Origin: a virus
Length of the DNA: 64,000 nucleotides
Reading direction: 5' to 3' (one strand)
Virus record (IMG/VR): IMGVR_UViG_3300048855_000163
Span: 39 to 64,038 of that record
The notes beneath the pieces are model-generated. The model made no database searches. It was not told where the DNA came from and saw only the letters and a program-made list of their open reading frames with translations. The position numbers were made by a program, and so were the translations under genes. Shown here one piece after another: positions 63,616 to 64,000 of this stretch (its first letter is position 1; every line of letters begins with the position of its first letter).

Positions 63616-63870
63616 ATAGACGGCCTCGGCCTGTCTGGCGGCCTCCTGAGCCGAAGGGGCTAGGCCATTGCCGATCGCCATATTCGTGTTGACGAACCAG
63701 ACCCACTGTCCGCGTTCCGGGCCTCCCTCAACCCAATAGGTGCGTGCGAACTTCGACGTACGGCTATGGCTCGTGCCGAACTCCCATCCGGGGTCCTCCG
63801 CTACATAGTCCCGTCGCTCGGCATCTGGGAAGGTGCGGCGCCAGCGGAAGTGCAGGCTGCGCTCTTTCAT
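63472..63870 (-). CDS. Hypothetical protein
   Basis: WRRT.P...DY.A.D...GGPE.G.W.W pattern. Confidence 0.6.
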   Translation of the reverse strand: MKERSLHFRWRRTFPDAERRDYVAEDPGWEFGTSHSRTSKFARTYWVEGGPERGQWVWFVNTNMAIGNGLAPSAQEAARQAEAVYLRWKAGVLGTTVAELISERAPNSLQDGRQRARLYLKQITVRAAFDRE

Positions 63871-63879
63871 AGCCCGCGC

Positions 63880-64000
63880 CTATTGGGCAGCCAAAGCTAC
63901 CGGGCCGTCCTGCTTCACGCCGCGCGCCACGATCTGCAGCGCCCCATCCGGCAAGGGTCGCTGAAGCGCCTTCGCCTCTTCCCAAGGCGCCTGCAACCAG
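63880..64000 (-). CDS. SOS response-associated peptidase (SRAP/YedK) C-terminus, 5' end beyond the window
   Basis: Manual translation WLQAPWEEAKALQRPLPDGALQIVARG. Confidence 0.8.
   Translation of the reverse strand, partial: WLQAPWEEAKALQRPLPDGALQIVARGVKQDGPVALAAQ

Larger units (their letters stand above)
1..64000. mobile_element. Temperate prophage with podovirus-like virion module and lambdoid control region; both ends probably lie outside the window
   Basis: Integrase, repressor/Cro, terminase, portal, capsid, nozzle, ejection and lysis genes in canonical order; no tape measure, tail tube or sheath recognised. Confidence 0.95.

Noticed and set aside
1-64000. attL/attR direct repeats
   Set aside because: The integrase and SRAP genes run off the window edges, so prophage boundaries cannot be seen

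Overview
Nearly the whole window is one temperate prophage of an alphaproteobacterium, probably Hyphomicrobiales (GcrA, DUF982, high GC). Left to right: a tyrosine integrase running off the left edge plus an Xis-like HTH; about 30 small leftward early genes (HNH, putative annealing protein); a lambdoid switch (XRE repressor, a separate degenerate S24-like gene, Cro, six 17-bp operator-like sites); rightward early genes (ORF6N antirepressor, GcrA, DnaA C-terminal-like, RusA, replication); a late promoter followed by two tRNA-Ser genes and about 1 kb of highly structured non-coding RNA; small accessory genes; TerS, tRNA-Gln, TerL; a podovirus-type virion module (portal, GroES-like, scaffold, capsid, adaptor, nozzle, fibres, ejection proteins, no tape measure); morons (SGNH hydrolase, lipoprotein, Panacea toxin-antitoxin pair); a lysis cassette; protease and phosphoesterase genes; and the 3' end of an SRAP gene at the right edge. 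The most unusual element is the tRNA-linked array of closed RNA domains joined by near-identical 6-nt linkers (21355-22609). It includes two copies of a tRNA-like module, a kissing-loop domain and an 8/4-type tRNA-Ser. All family calls come from motif recognition by eye; no searches or folding programs were run, and attachment sites are not visible.
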